From: Squalus acanthias
Lineage: Eukaryota
Assembly (NCBI GenBank): GCA_030390025.1
Contig: CM059431.1
Location: forward strand, 113,462,001-113,526,000
Length of the DNA stretch: 64,000 nt
Reading direction: 5' to 3'
Made by a program: the position numbers and the translations under genes. Positions 49,606-63,414 of the stretch are shown here, in pieces (position 1 is the stretch's first letter; every line of letters starts with the position of its first letter). The notes beneath the pieces are model-generated. The model saw only the letters and a program-made list of their open reading frames with translations. It was not told the DNA's origin and ran no database searches.

Positions 49606-52205
49606 TAGGACTCTGTGTGGTGGTATAATGCATTGGAGTCCCAATGTGCCATTCTGTGGTGTATCAGCCATGGCTCAGTGGGTACCACTCTTGCCTCTGA
49701 GTCAGAAGGTTGAGGGTTCATAGTCCCACTCTAGAGACTTGAACACAAAATCTAGGCTGACACTCCCAGTGCTGTACTTGAGGGAGTGCTGCACTATCGG
49801 AGGTACCGTCTTTTGGACGAGACGTTAAATCGAGGCTCCGTCTGTCATCTCAGGTGTACGTAAAAGATCCCATGGCACTAACTCCAAAAAGAGCAGGGCA
49901 GTTCTCCCTAGCCAATATTTATCCCTCAACCAACATCACTAAAAATAGATTCTCTGGTCATTATCACATTTCTGTTTGTGCGATCTTGCTGCGTGCAATT
50001 TAGCTGCCGCGTTTCCCAGATTACAATAATGAGTACACTTCAAAAGAGAGGGCTTTAAACTAAATAGTGGGGGGGAGGATCCAGGTGAGCGGGAATTTAA
50101 AAAGTGAATGATAAATGAGAAAGCAATAGAGCAGGACAGAGATGGGGGAAATAATAACCAGTGTGTGACAGGAAGGTACAGAATGTTTAAAAATAAGAGT
50201 GCAAGAGAAAATGGGGCCAAAACAAGGACAAATGGTAAAAAGACAAAGTTAAAAGCTTTATATCTGAATGCACGCAGCATTCGTAACAAGATAGATGAGT
50301 TGACTGCACAAATAGATACAAATGGGTATGATCTGATCGCCATTACAGAGACGTGGTTGCAAGGTGATCAGGGCTGGGAACTGAATATTCCAGGTTATTT
50401 GACAATTCGGAAGGATAGACAGAAAGGAAAGGGAGGTGGGGTAGCTTTGTTGGTAAAGGATGGGATCAGTGCAGTGGTGAGAAGTGATATTGGCTCAGAA
50501 GATCAAGATGTAGAATCGGTTTGGGTGGAGATAAAAATTAATAAAGGGAAAAAGTCTCTGGTGGGCGTAGTCTACAGGCCCCCAAACAGTAGCAATACTA
50601 TTGGACAGAGTATAAATCAACAAATAATAGAGGCCTGTAAAAAAGGTACGGTAATAATCATGGGTGATTTTAATCTCCATATTGATTGGAGAAATCAAAT
50701 TGGCCATGGTAGCCTTGAGGAGGAGTTCATAGAGTGCATCAGGGATGGTTTCTTAGAACAGTATGTAATGGAACTGACCAGGGAGCAGGCTATCTTGGAT
50801 CTGGTACTGTGTAATGAGACAGAATTAATAAATGATCTCATAGTAAAGGATCCTCTAGGAAAGAGTGATCATAGCATGGTTGAATTTCAAATTCAGTTGG
50901 AGGGTGAGAAAGTTGTATCTCAAACCAGTGTCCTGATCTTAAACAAAGGCAATTACAATGGCATGAGGGCAGAACTGGCTAAAGTGGACTGGAAAAATAA
51001 ATTAAAGGGTAAGACAGTTGAAATGCAGTGGCGGACATTTAAGGAGATATTTCATAACTCCCAACAAAAATATATTCCAGTGAGAAAGAAAGATTTTAAG
51101 AGAAGGGAGCACCATCCGTGGCTAACTAAGGAAGTAAAGGATGGTATCAAATTGAAAATGAAGGCATACAATGTTGCCAAGATTGGTGGGAGACCAGAGG
51201 ATTGGGAAATTTAAAAAAACCAGCAAAGGATGACTAAAAAAATAATAACGAGAGAGAAGATGAATTATGAGAGTAATCTGGCAAGAAACATTAAAACAGA
51301 TAGTAAGAGCTTCTACAGGTATATAAAAAGGAAGAGGGTAGCTAAAATAAACGTTGGTCCCTTAGAGGATGAGACTGGGGAATTAATAATGGGGAACGGG
51401 GAAATGGCAGAGACTCTGAACAAATATTTTGTATCTGTCTTCACAGTAGAAGACACTAACACATCCCAATAATGGATAATCAAGGGGCCACAGGGAGCGG
51501 GGAACTAAAGACAATCACTATCACTAGGGAAATAGTACTTGGTAAAATAATGGGACTAAAAGATGACAAGTCCCCTGGACCAGATGGCCTGCATCCCAGG
51601 GTCTTAAAAGAAGTGGCTGCAGAGATAGTGGATGCATTGGTTGCAATATACCAAAATTCCCTGGACTCTGGAGAGGTCCCAGCAGATTGGAAAACCGCAA
51701 ATATAACACCCCTATTTAAGGAAGGAGGGAGACAGAAAGCAGGAAACTATTGACCAGTTAGCCTAACACTTGTCATTGGGAAAATGCTGGAGTCCTTCAT
51801 TAAGGAAGCAGTAGCAGGGCATTTGGAAAATCATAATGCAGTCAAGCAGAGTCAGCATGGTTTTATGAAAGGGAAATTATGTTTAACAAATTTGCTGGAG
51901 TTCTTTGAGGAGGTAACGAGCAGGGTGGACAAATGTGAATCAGTGGATGTGGTGTATTTGGATTTCCAGAAGGCATTCGATAAGGTGCCACATAAAAGGT
52001 TACTGCATAAGATAAGAGCTCACGGAATTGGGGGTAATATATTAGCATTGATAGAGAATTGGCTAACTAACAGAAAGCAGAGAGTCGGGATAAATGGGTC
52101 ATTTTCCGGTTGGCAAAAGGTAACTAGTGGGGTGCCACAGGGATCGGTGCTCGGGCCTCAACTATTTACAATCTACATTAATGACATGGATGAAGGGACC
52201 GAGTG

Positions 52206-54669
52206 TGTAGGGGGTGGTGGTTTGTGTCAGCTTTACCTCTGACTTCTGAGCGGTTTGAATCGCTCCCACTCCCTTGGTTCTAGGCCTTGGACTTATTTGG
52301 GGGTTGTGATACAAAGGTTCAGCAGACAACTGAGTTTGATGAAAGAACTTCAATCTTTATTAAAAAGGTAAGACACAAATAATAACACTCTTAACACTCT
52401 AAAGGTGGGGAACACTTCGGTACAAGCGAGGGAAATGACAGTAGAACAATACTTCACCCCTCCCAACCCCACTTTACTAGCTAAGTTAGGTTTTGAAGGA
52501 CCAGGGATAATGCTCACCAATCCTTTGACAGTTGGGCTAAATCGCAGTTTTGGGGTTCGCTGTTTATGGCGGTTAGTGTCAGTCATACCCCGTACTTCAC
52601 CTGGGTCTATGGTCAGTCTTCGCGAGTCCGCTGATGCGGTAGGATGTTGTTTTGGATTTATCTGGTGAGTACCCAATTTCTTTTGGTTAGCAGTAGGGTT
52701 TAGAGTCTTTGGGGAAAATCTTACCCAGGGGTAAGTCAGGAGTAGTTTGTAGTGTGGAAACTTTGCGGTTCTTTGGGTTTTCTTCCCTGGAGTTGGTCTT
52801 TGTTGATCGCGGTGGCCTGCTATTAACCGATCAGTTGGGGGTAATGCACGGTTGTTGGTTTCGTGAGGCCTTTGGATTCCGCAATGGCTTTAGGCCTTGT
52901 TTAGTGTGTCGGTCGACCTCATGGAGCCGTCAGTGACTTGTTGCTGCTTGTTGCTCCGGGTGACTGTGTTGGGGCCGTTGTTGGAGGTCCGTCGAGGTGG
53001 TATCTTTGCGAGCTGGACTCAGGCGTGTCTGAGTGGTGAGCGATGCCGACTCGCTTCCAGCTCGGGTCTTCTTCTTCCTGGTTTCTTCTTCTTCTGATGA
53101 CCACCGGTTGTGACTGATTGCTCGACTCCAACTTTGAACTGTTGTGTGTCTTGAACTGCTTGATGGGCCTTCAATTATACTAAATTGAAGTGGCCTTATC
53201 TACCCACCAAATCTACTCAGTTCATTGTCTGGTTTTTGGCGGGCTCGTAAATCGGTAACGACTTACTAGCACGTTAACTGGGTTTTTAACAGGCCTTCAA
53301 TCTCATACATTGAACATGGCCTTATCTACCCGCCAAATCTACTCAGTTCATTGTCTGAATTTTGGCGGGCCTGTTACCAGTAACTGCTCTGTAAGTGTCA
53401 AATGGGTTTTGGGGTGGTTTGCATCCTGTCGATCTCCTTGGCTGATCACTGGTGATTGGTTTCGTGTTTTGGGTTTCTAGGCTGGACTCAGTCTTTTCTA
53501 TAGCCTGGTCCTGAGTGATTTGCATTATGCATGTTTTCTGATGGGCCCTGTAATCGGTTTGATGGGGCCTGTTATTTTGGGTGGGACTGTCTTCTCCCAG
53601 GGTCTATTGTCAAAATGTTAATGCTTGCTGCGGCTTGAGTAGGGTCATCCCGGTTCCCCAGACAGTGCAATTAACTGCAATAACCAAAAACTGCTTTTAC
53701 AGAGGTTGAGCCCACCTTCCTTCACAGCCTTTTCTCCCTTTACAGGCCCAGACATAGTTTTAAAAAGCCAAAACTTGGTTTTTGGTCTTATGGGGGTAAA
53801 AATTGAGTCGCGCCCCATTTGGGGCGCTAACCTCGCCGGGGCGCTAAAAGTAGCGCCCCGAAAAAATTAGCGGCCCCGCGCCGGAACTTCAGTGGTTGCG
53901 CCCCAAGAGGGAAGCGGGGCGCCACTGGAAGCACCCCGCATCCCTCTTGGGGCGCTGCGAGGGAATATCCTGGCGCTACGTGCCGCAGCGCCAGGCGCTG
54001 CGGCACGTCGCACCGCGGTATTGCAGGCCTTCCTCCCCTTCTTAAAGGGGAGGGACCCTGCGCAGCGCGAACCGGGGCCCAGCTGGGCCCCCAGGGATCG
54101 GGAGTGCCGGCAAAAGAGCCCGGCACTCAAGAGAAGTGCCGGGCTCTTGGAGCGCAGCCGGCACTTCACGGTGCGGGGGCTTCACGGGGGCCGGGGACAG
54201 CAACGGGGGCAGGTGCTGGCAGGCGGCCAGCAACAAAAATGGCCGCCTGCCACCTCCCCTTTAAATATCGCCGCCCCGGCCGCACGTACGCCTCCCTGAA
54301 CCCGTCGGACATAGCGTCTGGCGGTAAATCAGGGGGCGCGACTGAAGATCGCGGCTGGAGCGCGAGCGGGGTGCTGCGCACGGCGATGACGTCATCGCCG
54401 GCGGCGCAGCGCCACAGGGCGCTACCGGCTGGCGCCGCCGCTAACCTCCCGCTGAATTTTTCGGGAGGCGTGGGCGGCGCTGCGCCCGGGCGTTAGCTGC
54501 TTTACGCCCCATTAGCGCCCTCTTAAGGCGCTAACGGGAGGCGCAAGCAGCTGAATTTTTCCCCCATAGTCTCTTAGGTTAGGCCCAAATGCAATATTAT
54601 CACTCTGAGGTAGTTCCAAAGTCCTTTTTCCTTAGGTTTTGGGGATCTGCAAATTTTGGAAACCTTACA
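52206..54669 (-). mobile_element. Probable large solo LTR (~1.7 kb without the nested MITE)
   Basis: TGTAGGG...CCTTACA ends, short target duplication (GTG), minus-strand AATAAA near 52356, no coding similarity; CR1 RT sequence resumes exactly after it. Confidence 0.7.
53793..54565. mobile_element. Young GC/CpG-rich Harbinger MITE
   Basis: Ends GGGGTAAAAATTGAG / CTGAATTTTTCCCCC; abrupt GC shift; similarity to 11500-11676 and 29254-29841. Confidence 0.8.
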
Positions 54670-56299
54670 GTGTAATGTAGCCAAGTTTGCGGATGATACA
54701 AAGATGGGTGGGAAAGCAAGTTGTGCAGAGGACTCAAAGAACCTGCAAAGGGATATAGACAGGCTAAGTGAGTGGGCAAACATTTGGCAGATGGAGTATA
54801 ATGTGGGAAAGTGAGAGGTTATACACTTTGGCAGGAAATATAAAAAAGCAAATTATTATTTAAATGGAGAGAGATTACAAAATGCTACAGTTCAGAGGGA
54901 CCTGGGGGTCCTTGTGCATGAAACACAAAAAGTTAGCATGAAGGTACAGCAAGTAATCAAAAAGGCAAATGGAATGTTGGCCTTTATTTCAAAGGGGTTG
55001 GAGTATAAAAGCAGGGAAGTCCTGCTACAACTGTACAGGGTATTGGTGAGACCACACCTCGAGTACCGCGCACAGTTTTGGTCTCCTTATTTAAGGAAGG
55101 ATATACTTGCATTGGAGGCAGTTCAGAGATGATTCACTAGGTTAATTCCAGAGATGAGGGGGGTTGACTTATGAGGAAAGGTTGAGCAGGTTGGGCCTAT
55201 ACTCATTGGAATTTAGTAGAATGAGAGGTGATCTTATTGAAACATATAAGATACTGAGGGGGCTCGACAGGGTAGATGCAGAGAGGATCTTTCCCCTCGT
55301 GGGGGAATCTAGAATGCGGGGGCACAGTTTTAGAATAAAGGGTCGCCCTTTTAAAACTGGGATGAGGAGGAATTTCTTCTCTCAGAGGGTCGTATATCTG
55401 TGGAATTCTCTGCCCCAGAGAGCTGTGGAGGCTGGGTCATTAAATACATTTAAGGTGGAGATAGACAGATTTTTGCAAGATAAGGGAGTGAAGGGTTATG
55501 GGGAGTGGGCGGGCAAGTGGCTTTGAGCCCTAGATCAGCCATGATCTTATTGAATGGCGGAGCAGGCTCGAGGGGCCAAGTGGCCTATTCCTGCTCCTAT
55601 TTCTTATGTTCTTATGTTCTTAATTGGCTGTAAAGCGTTTTACATGTCCTAAGGTCGTGAAAGACGCTATATAAATGCAAGTTCTTTCTTTCATTATGGA
55701 TGTAGGTTAGCACATAAAATCTTCCATGGTAAGTTAATGATCTCAGCTGTGCCATCATGGGAAGGTGCCAAGTTCAGGCATTTAGCCACTAGGAAGGAAA
55801 TAAAATTAAGAGGAGAATCACTCTACTCTAAGTATGAATTCAATTCAAGCATTCAAATGGGAACTAGATGAATTCCTGATTCATCAAAGATTGAAAGAAT
55901 ATAAGTTTGGAATAGTGAATGATTTTAAAATAAAGATATGTTGAGCCCCCAATCAGGAACTGGATTCATAAGTCTTCAGTCTTGAGTCTCATCCTTCCAG
56001 AATACCAACACTGAAGTCTTTCCTTTCCAGCTTTTAAGGGTAGATTTAATGAATTCAAATTCCTGGCACAGAGGGTCATCTGTCAGGAGCGCATATCGGA
56101 ATTCAGATGAGGAAATCAGTGGACCCCGCAGGATTTTCCAACCATTTAAAGTGAAAGGGGGTGAATTTCCGCAAGGGGTTCACCCATTCATCTGCCATGA
56201 TTGCAGCGAAAGAGCTGTGGAAAGCCCAGAAAAATGGCATAGATGTTCATGCCATTTTCCCAGGTTTCCACACCTCTTCTGCCAAAATTGCAACATTCA

Positions 56300-56585
56300 A
56301 CTGAGGCCCTGTCTGCCCATTGAGCTGGATGTAACGATCCCTTGGCACTTTTTAATGAAGAGCAGGGGAGTTGTCTTGGCCAACCTTTATCCCTCAACCA
56401 ACAGCACCCAAACAAATTAACTGGTTATTTATCTTATTGCTGTTTGTGGGACTTTGCTGTGTGCAAATTGGCTGCTGCGTTAACATAACAACAGTGACTA
56501 TACTTAAACAAAAAGTAATTGGCTCTGAAGTGCTTTGAAACAATTTGAGGACATTAAAAGCACGATATAAATGGAAGTTCTTTTT
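56300..56585 (+). mobile_element. tRNA/Deu SINE 3' part (older)
   Basis: Matches 17067-17372. Confidence 0.75.
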
Positions 56586-57269
56586 AATCTGTGCTTTTTC
56601 ACCTGACTTTATTTGTTCTCAAGACACTGTTCTTGGACATGAAAACAGTGGAGGGCAACGTACCACCTAGCAATAGAAAAATAAATAAAGCAGGGACATA
56701 AAGTACATCCTTGAAGCTTCCAGTTCTAACAGATGTTCTAAGCATGATATCTTTATTCTGAACTATGCTTTACTGGTTAGTTAGAAATTTGAGTTACAAT
56801 TCAAGTTGACCACACAAGTAGTTTAGTGGCTGTGATATCTACGGTAGTGTTGGGAAAGCATATGAGAGTTTGTGCCGATGGTGTGACCCTACTGGGAAAC
56901 CAGTAAGATTACGATTCACTTCGTTATCTGTACCGCGGAGATTTAAAGATTAACATTTTTGCCGTAACAGTCAAGGCATTGCTGGAGTTATTTTTTTCTA
57001 TCAAAATAATTGTAAAATTAACTGCTGTTCTATTGGCATGCGATCCAATAATCTCATCGCACTGAAGTGTATTAACGATGTTGCTGTGACATGCCATACT
57101 TGTTAGCTTATACAACACAGGGTCTGTGCATTTTAGGAATTTAAAAGAAATACATGCTTGAAAATTGCAGGTTGACTGGATTCCAGTTTGAAAGAAACCT
57201 TGTTGAAGATTACACAAGAATTAAGTATTACTAGTTGATCCCTTCTGGCGATGCTCATGGGTAAGAAAA

Positions 57270-57583
57270 ATAGAAAGAAAGAACTTGCATTTATATAGCA
57301 CCTTTCACAACCTCAGGATGCCCCAAAGCGCTTTACCACCAATGAAATACTTTTGAAATGTAATTACTGTTGTAATGTAGGGAATTTGCAAACAGCAAGA
57401 TCCCACAAACAGCAATGTGATAATGTGATAATGACTAGATAATCTGTTTTAGTAATGTTGGTTGAGGGATAAATATTGGCCAGGACATCGAAGAGAACTC
57501 CCCTGCTCTTCTTCGAAATAGTGCCATGGGATTTTTTGCATTTACCTGAGAGGGCAGACGGGGCCTCGGTTTAACGTCTCCTC
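57270..57583 (-). mobile_element. tRNA/Deu SINE 3' part
   Basis: Reverse complement matches 17057-17372. Confidence 0.82.
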
Positions 57584-57699
57584 AGCCTGGATGGGCAAGG
57601 TTATAATAAGAGATGTGATGAAGTTATAAATTAATAAATTGAAGCAAAAATAATATTAGGGAGGAAATGATTGATATATAAAACATATTCCATATGCTT

Positions 57700-58765
57700 A
57701 TAAGAACATAAGAACATAAGAAATAGGAGCAGGAATAGGCCACTTGGCCCCTCGAGCCTGCTCCGCCATTCAATAAGATCATGGCTGATCTAGGGCTCAA
57801 AGCCACTTCCCAGCCCGCTCCCCATAACCCTTCATTCCCTTATCTTGCAAAAATTTGTCTATCTCCACCTTAAACGTATTTAATGAACCAGCCTCCACAG
57901 CTCTCTAGGGCAGAGAATTCCACAAATTTACGACCCTCTGAGAGAAGAAGTTCCTCCTCATCTCAGTTCTAAAAGGGCGACCCTTTATTCTGAGACTGTG
58001 CCCCCGAGTTCTAGATTTCCCCATGAGGGGAAACATCTTCTCTGCATCTACCCTGTCAAGCCCCCTCAGTATCTTATATGTTTCAATAAGATCACCTCTC
58101 ATTCTTCTAAATTCCAATGAGTATAGGCCCAGCCTGCTCAAACTTTCCTCATAAGTCAAACCCCTCATCTCTGAAATTAACCTAGTGAATCGTCTCTGAA
58201 CTGCCTCCAATGCAAGTAAGGAGACCAAAACTGTACGCTGTACTCAAGGTGTGGTCTCACCAATACCTTGTACAGTTGTAGTAGTACTTCCCTGCTTTTA
58301 TACTCTAACCCCCTTGAAATAAAGGCCAACATTCCATTTGCCTTTTTCATTACTTGCTGTACCTGCATGATAACTTTTTGTGTTTCTTGCACAAGGACTC
58401 CCAGGTCCCTCTGAACTGTAGCATTTTGTAATCTCTCTCCATTTAAATAATAGTTAGCTTTTTTATTTTTCCTGCCAAAGTGTATAACCTCGCACTTTCC
58501 CACATTATACTCCATCTGCCAAATTTTTGCCCACTCACCTAGCCTGTCTATATCCCTTTGCAGATTCTTTGAGTCCTCTGCACAACTTGCTTTCCCACCC
58601 ATCTTTGTATCATCCGCAAACTTGGCTACATTACACTCGGTCCCTTCATCCAAGTCATTAATGTAGATTGTAAATAGTTGAGACCCCAGTACCGATCCTT
58701 GTGGCACCCCACTAGTTACCATTTACCAACCTGAAAATGACCCATTTATCCCGACTCTCTGTTTT
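57700..58765 (-). mobile_element. CR1 3' fragment (RT core to tail)
   Basis: GVPQGSVLG...FADDTK ORF pieces; (TTCTTATG)n tail at 57700. Confidence 0.93.
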
Positions 58766-59380
58766 ATAAAAATACATTAATTAAAAATAGAGTAAATCAA
58801 TGCTGAAATATAAGTTAAATCTAGTGACTATTTTAGGGAGTAACTTACTGAATTAGAAAAGTTAGCAAGGTAGGAACTAATAAAATGGAGTAAATGAAAT
58901 AATGTGATTGGAAAATTCCTCAATGCTTTGTGTGAATAGTTTAAAGATGGCGGGTTTTGAAAGTGATGTATGTGAGTGGCAAGTACATACTGATAATTGG
59001 GAGAGAGAAGCCACACTCACATAGCAGTCATGCTGGAGCATTTATCTTCACTTCAGCAAATGCATCAGTTTGAATCTGAAAGATGAGCTGGAGATAAAAC
59101 AGAAGCGTGCCCAGAGAAGGCTGAATGTATCCTGACTACCATGCAAGTAACAAGATTGATAGCGCTGATTCTGGAGCTGTTGAGAGGTGCAATTTTTGGG
59201 GGAATATATGAAATATGTGGGAGTGACAAGTGGTAGTGAAGGAAATGGCAGTGGCAGTGGTTGGTAGGGAGGTCAATTGCATTGACTAAGGCTGAAGTGG
59301 GCTCATGATAGCAATCGGGGTGAGGAATAGACGCAGATTAAAAGTCGGGAGTGGGGCAGAACGAAGCACTGAAGGCTGAA

Positions 59381-60135
59381 ATGAACCACACGGTTCGCAA
59401 CCTTGGTGCCATATTTGACCCTGAAATGAGCTTCCGACCACATATCCGCGGCATAGCTAAGACCGCCTATTTCCACCTCTGTAACATCACCTGTCTCCGC
59501 CCTTGCCTCAGCTTATCTGCTGCTGAAACCCTCATCCATGCTTTTGTTACCTCTAGACTTGACTATTCCAACGCACTCCTGGCTGGTCTCCCACGTTCTA
59601 CCCTGTGTAAACCTGAGGTCTTCCAAGCCTCAGCTGCCCGTGTCCTAACTCGCACCAAGTCCCATTCACCCATCACCCCTGCGCTCGCTGATCTACATTG
59701 GCTCCCGGTTAAGCAACGCCTCGATTTCAAAATTCTCATCCTTGTTTTCAAATCCCTCCATGGCCTCGCCCCTCCCTATCTCTGTAATCTCCTCCAGCCC
59801 CACAACCTCCCGAGATATCTGCGCTCCTCTAATTCTGCCCTCTTGAGCATCCCTGATTATAATCGCTCAACCATCGGTGGCCGTGCCTTCTGTTGCCTAG
59901 GCCCTAAGCTCTGGAATTCCCTGCCTAAACCTCTCCACCTCTCTACCTCTCTTTCCTCCTTTAAGATGCTCCTTAAAACCTACCTCTTTGATCAAGCTTT
60001 TGGTCATCTGCCCTAATTTCTCCTTATGTGGCTCGGTGTCAACTTTTTTGTCTTATAATGCTCCTGTGAAGCACCTTGGGACGTTTTATTATGTTAAAGG
60101 CGCTATATAAATACAAGTTGTTGTTGTTGTTGTTG
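59381..60135 (+). mobile_element. L2 3' fragment
   Basis: Open 221-aa ORF2 C-terminus (VRNLGAIFD...SRLDYSNALLAG...LLKTYLFD) and (GTT)n tail. Confidence 0.92.
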
Positions 60136-60989
60136 AAATGGGCCAAAGGTTGTATTTTCCTCTTGCGGGTGTAGAGTGCCAGTCATAGGCTGCCATATGG
60201 TCAGGACCATAAAATGGTAATTCTTGGACACGGCGAGTGATCTGGCCAAGATTGTAGGTTTGCTTTAGGATACTGGATTGCAGAACGAGATTGGACTGAA
60301 ATTGGCAGATGGCAAGTCTGAGAAGAGATCCTGGCAGGGCTGCAGGCCAGATTATGGGTTGTGGATGGGTGGGGGGGGAATCCGCTCAGCACTGCAGGCA
60401 CAGTTTGCAGGTGGGGGCCAGGATCTGGCCAAGGTTCAGGGTGGCAGACAAAACGAATGAGATGGGAGCCGCAGCAGAAAGGAACGTGAATGAGATGACA
60501 ATGGAAAGGAACACAAATGAGGTGGAGCTTCAGACCCTTGGCTGACATTTGCTCCCACAGCCTCACGTCTCGTTTTCTGACCTACTTCTTCCTCTTTCTA
60601 CCATCCAATCTTTGCCATTGCCTGCCCTATGTCTTTTCACCATCCTTTCACCCCCTCAGCCCCTGTATCATCTCCTGCTCATCACTTCTTATCTCCTCCC
60701 TTCCCCTCACGCCATCTTGTACCCCATCACCTTCCTATCCCCTCCCCTATTCCACATCCATACCTTACCTGCTCCCCACTCCTTCCCACTCAAATAGAAG
60801 TGTGGGTTTCCCAGCTTAATGTTTGAAAACAGGCGAAGAAAAAGGACCAGAACGGGTAAGGGGTGCTCTGATGGTGGGTGCCAGGAGCATTGATAAAGTG
60901 GAAGGTTTGCAGGCAGCCAAGGTCTGAGTAGGACTGGATTGGGGGCAGGACAGGACAGTGGGCAAATTTCACTAATGGAATGGTGATTG

Positions 60990-62290
60990 GTCATGGTTTT
61001 AGGAAAGGTAAATCATGTTTAACAAATTTGCTGGAGTTCTTTGAGGATGTAACGAGCAGGGTGGACAAGGGTGAGCCAGTGGATATGGTGTATTTGGATT
61101 TCCAGAAGGCATTCGATAAGGCGCCACATAAAAGGTTACTGAATAAGCTAAGAGCTCACGGAGTTGGGGATAATATATTAGCATGGATAGAGAATTGGCT
61201 AACTAACAGAAAACAGAGAGTCAGGATAAATGGGTCATTTTCTGGTTGGCAAATGGTAACTAGTGGGGTGCCATAGGGATCGGTGCTGGGGCCTCAACTA
61301 TTTAAAATCTACATTAATGACTTGGATGAAGGAATCGAGTGTAATGTAGCCAAGTTTGCGGATGATACAAAGATGGGTGGGAAAGCAAGTTGTGCAGAGG
61401 ACTCAAAGAATCTGCAAAGGGATATAGACAGGCTAGGTGAGTGGGCAAACATTTGGCAGATGGATTATAATGTGGGAAAGTGTGAGGTTATACACTTTGG
61501 CTGGAAAAATAAAAAAGCAAACTATTATTTAAATGGAGAGAGATTACAAAATGCTACAGTTCAGAGGGACCTGGGAGTCCTTGTGCATGAAACACAAAAA
61601 GTTATCATGCAGGTACAGCAAGTAATCAAAATGGCAAATGGAATGTTGGCCTTTATTTCAAGGGGGTTGGAGTATAAAAGCAGGGAAGTCCTGCTACAAC
61701 TGTACAAGGTATTGGCGAGACCACACCTTGTGTACTGCGTACAGTTTTGGTCTCCTTATTTAAGGAAGGATATACTTGCATTGGAGGCAGTTCAGCAATG
61801 ATTCACTAGGTTAATTCCAGAGATGAGGGGGTTGACTTAAGAGGAAAGATTGAGCAGGCTGGGCCTATACTCATTGGAATTTAGAAGAATGAAAGGTGAT
61901 CTTATCGAAACATATAAGATACTGAGAGGGCTTGACAGGGTAGATGCAGAGAGGATGTTTCCCCTCATGGGGAAATCTAGAACTCGGGGGCACAGTCTCA
62001 GAATAAAGGGTCGCCCTTTTAAAACCGAGATGAGGAGGAACTTCTTCTCTCAGAGGGTCGTAAATTTGTGGAATTCTCTGCCCCAGAGAGCTGTGGAGGC
62101 TGGTTCATTAAATACATTTAAAGTGGAGATAGATACATTTTTGCAAGATAAGGGAGTGAAGGGTTATGGGGAGTGGGCTGGGAAGTGGCTTTGAGCCCAA
62201 GATCAGCCATGATCTTATTGAATGGCAGAGCAGGCTTGAGGGGCCAACTGGCCTATTCCTGCTCCTATTTCTTATGTCCTTATGTTCTTA
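60990..62290 (+). mobile_element. CR1 3' fragment (RT to tail)
   Basis: [18 protein letters not shown]...FADD...WNSLP with stops; tail at 62270-62290. Confidence 0.93.
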
Positions 62291-62679
62291 GGTGGCCTGA
62301 GGCCTGATGCCTGGAGTCTGAGGCCAGAGCAGGACAGTGGAGCATTGGGGTTGGGGTAGGTAAGCATCTAGAAGGTGCTCAGGTGGGAAAGGAAAAACCC
62401 CAATGCTCGTAGAGGTGGTAGCAGGAAAGAAAATTGACATAAATTAAAATTAAAAAGAAGTGAAAATAAATAAAAATGTAAACACACCTGCAATACCACC
62501 TAGAGGAATCGACCAGGCAGACTGAGCTTGAAGGAGCAGCAACATCATTTGCATTTTATGTTGTTTCCAGCAAGAGTTCACAGACCGAGAAATAAATGAG
62601 AGCCTATGGAATTGGAGGCAACTTATTGACATGTTTAGGGAATTGATTAAGAGGCAGGAGACAGAGAGTAGGGATAATG

Positions 62680-63412
62680 GGGGGAATTTTAACTTTTTGG
62701 CCCACTGGGAGCGGTGGGGGTGTGTGGGGGGGAGGGGAGGAGAGGGTGAGGGGGGTGGGGTGTGAGTGCAGGGGCGGTAACGCGTGGGAAGGAGTCCCCG
62801 CACGCTGTGCAGTTCTAACTCCACAGCGTGTGTCTGACGTCACTGACAGGTTCCCCGCCCAGAAGTCAACCTGATTATCAGGCTTGGCTTCTAGTTGGGC
62901 AGGGAATGCTGGTGAAGAGGCCACAGAACCTGGTAGGTCCGATCCCCGACCCGGGGGGTGTCCAATCCCTGACCACAGGGGATCCAATCCTGGCGGGTCC
63001 AATCCCTGACCCTAGGGGGGGGGGGTGGTTCTGATCCCAAGGGAGGTCCGATCCCGGGGGGGCGGAGGTCTGATGGGGGAGGAGCTTGGGGGGCTGAGAA
63101 GAGCAGGAGGAGTGCTCCCCAAGGCTGTCCTTGCCTCACTGTAGCTGCTGGGATTCCTGAGGCCCGGTAAACCCGGCCAACTGCAGTAAAACCTGCAAAG
63201 CAGGTTAAACCCGAGGCTTCCAGATTCATTATCATATTTAAAATGCCAACCGGCCTCTTGGAAGCTGGTTGGCTGCCCGCCCCTTGTCCTGCCTGAGTAA
63301 AAGCTGGAGGTCGGCGAGTTGGAGCCGGCTTCCAGACACGCTCCCAATTTTTCCCCATTTAACCCCCCACCCGCACCCACTCCCACCCGCCCACCTATGT
63401 TAAAATTCCCCC
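62680..63412. mobile_element. Harbinger-type MITE
   Basis: 14-bp TIR GGGGGAATTTTAAC / GTTAAAATTCCCCC. Confidence 0.78.
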
Positions 63413-63414
63413 AC

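Larger units (their letters stand above)
50047..55620 (+). mobile_element. CR1 LINE truncated at the end of ORF1; full ORF2 region with stops/frameshifts; interrupted at 52206-54669
   Basis: ORF pieces 50108-51214, 51230-52205, 54670-55526 with EN and RT motifs; (TTCTTATG)n tail. Confidence 0.93.
49657..55692 (+). mobile_element. tRNA/Deu SINE split into 49657-50046 and 55621-55692 by a CR1 insertion
   Basis: Head and core match 16898-17295; the missing tail (ATTGGCTGTAAAGCG...ATAAATGCAAG) resumes after the CR1 tail. Confidence 0.85.

Noticed and set aside
53793..54565. CpG island / host promoter with overlapping ORFs
   Set aside because: Bounded by inverted termini and nested in retroelements; the ORFs reflect high GC
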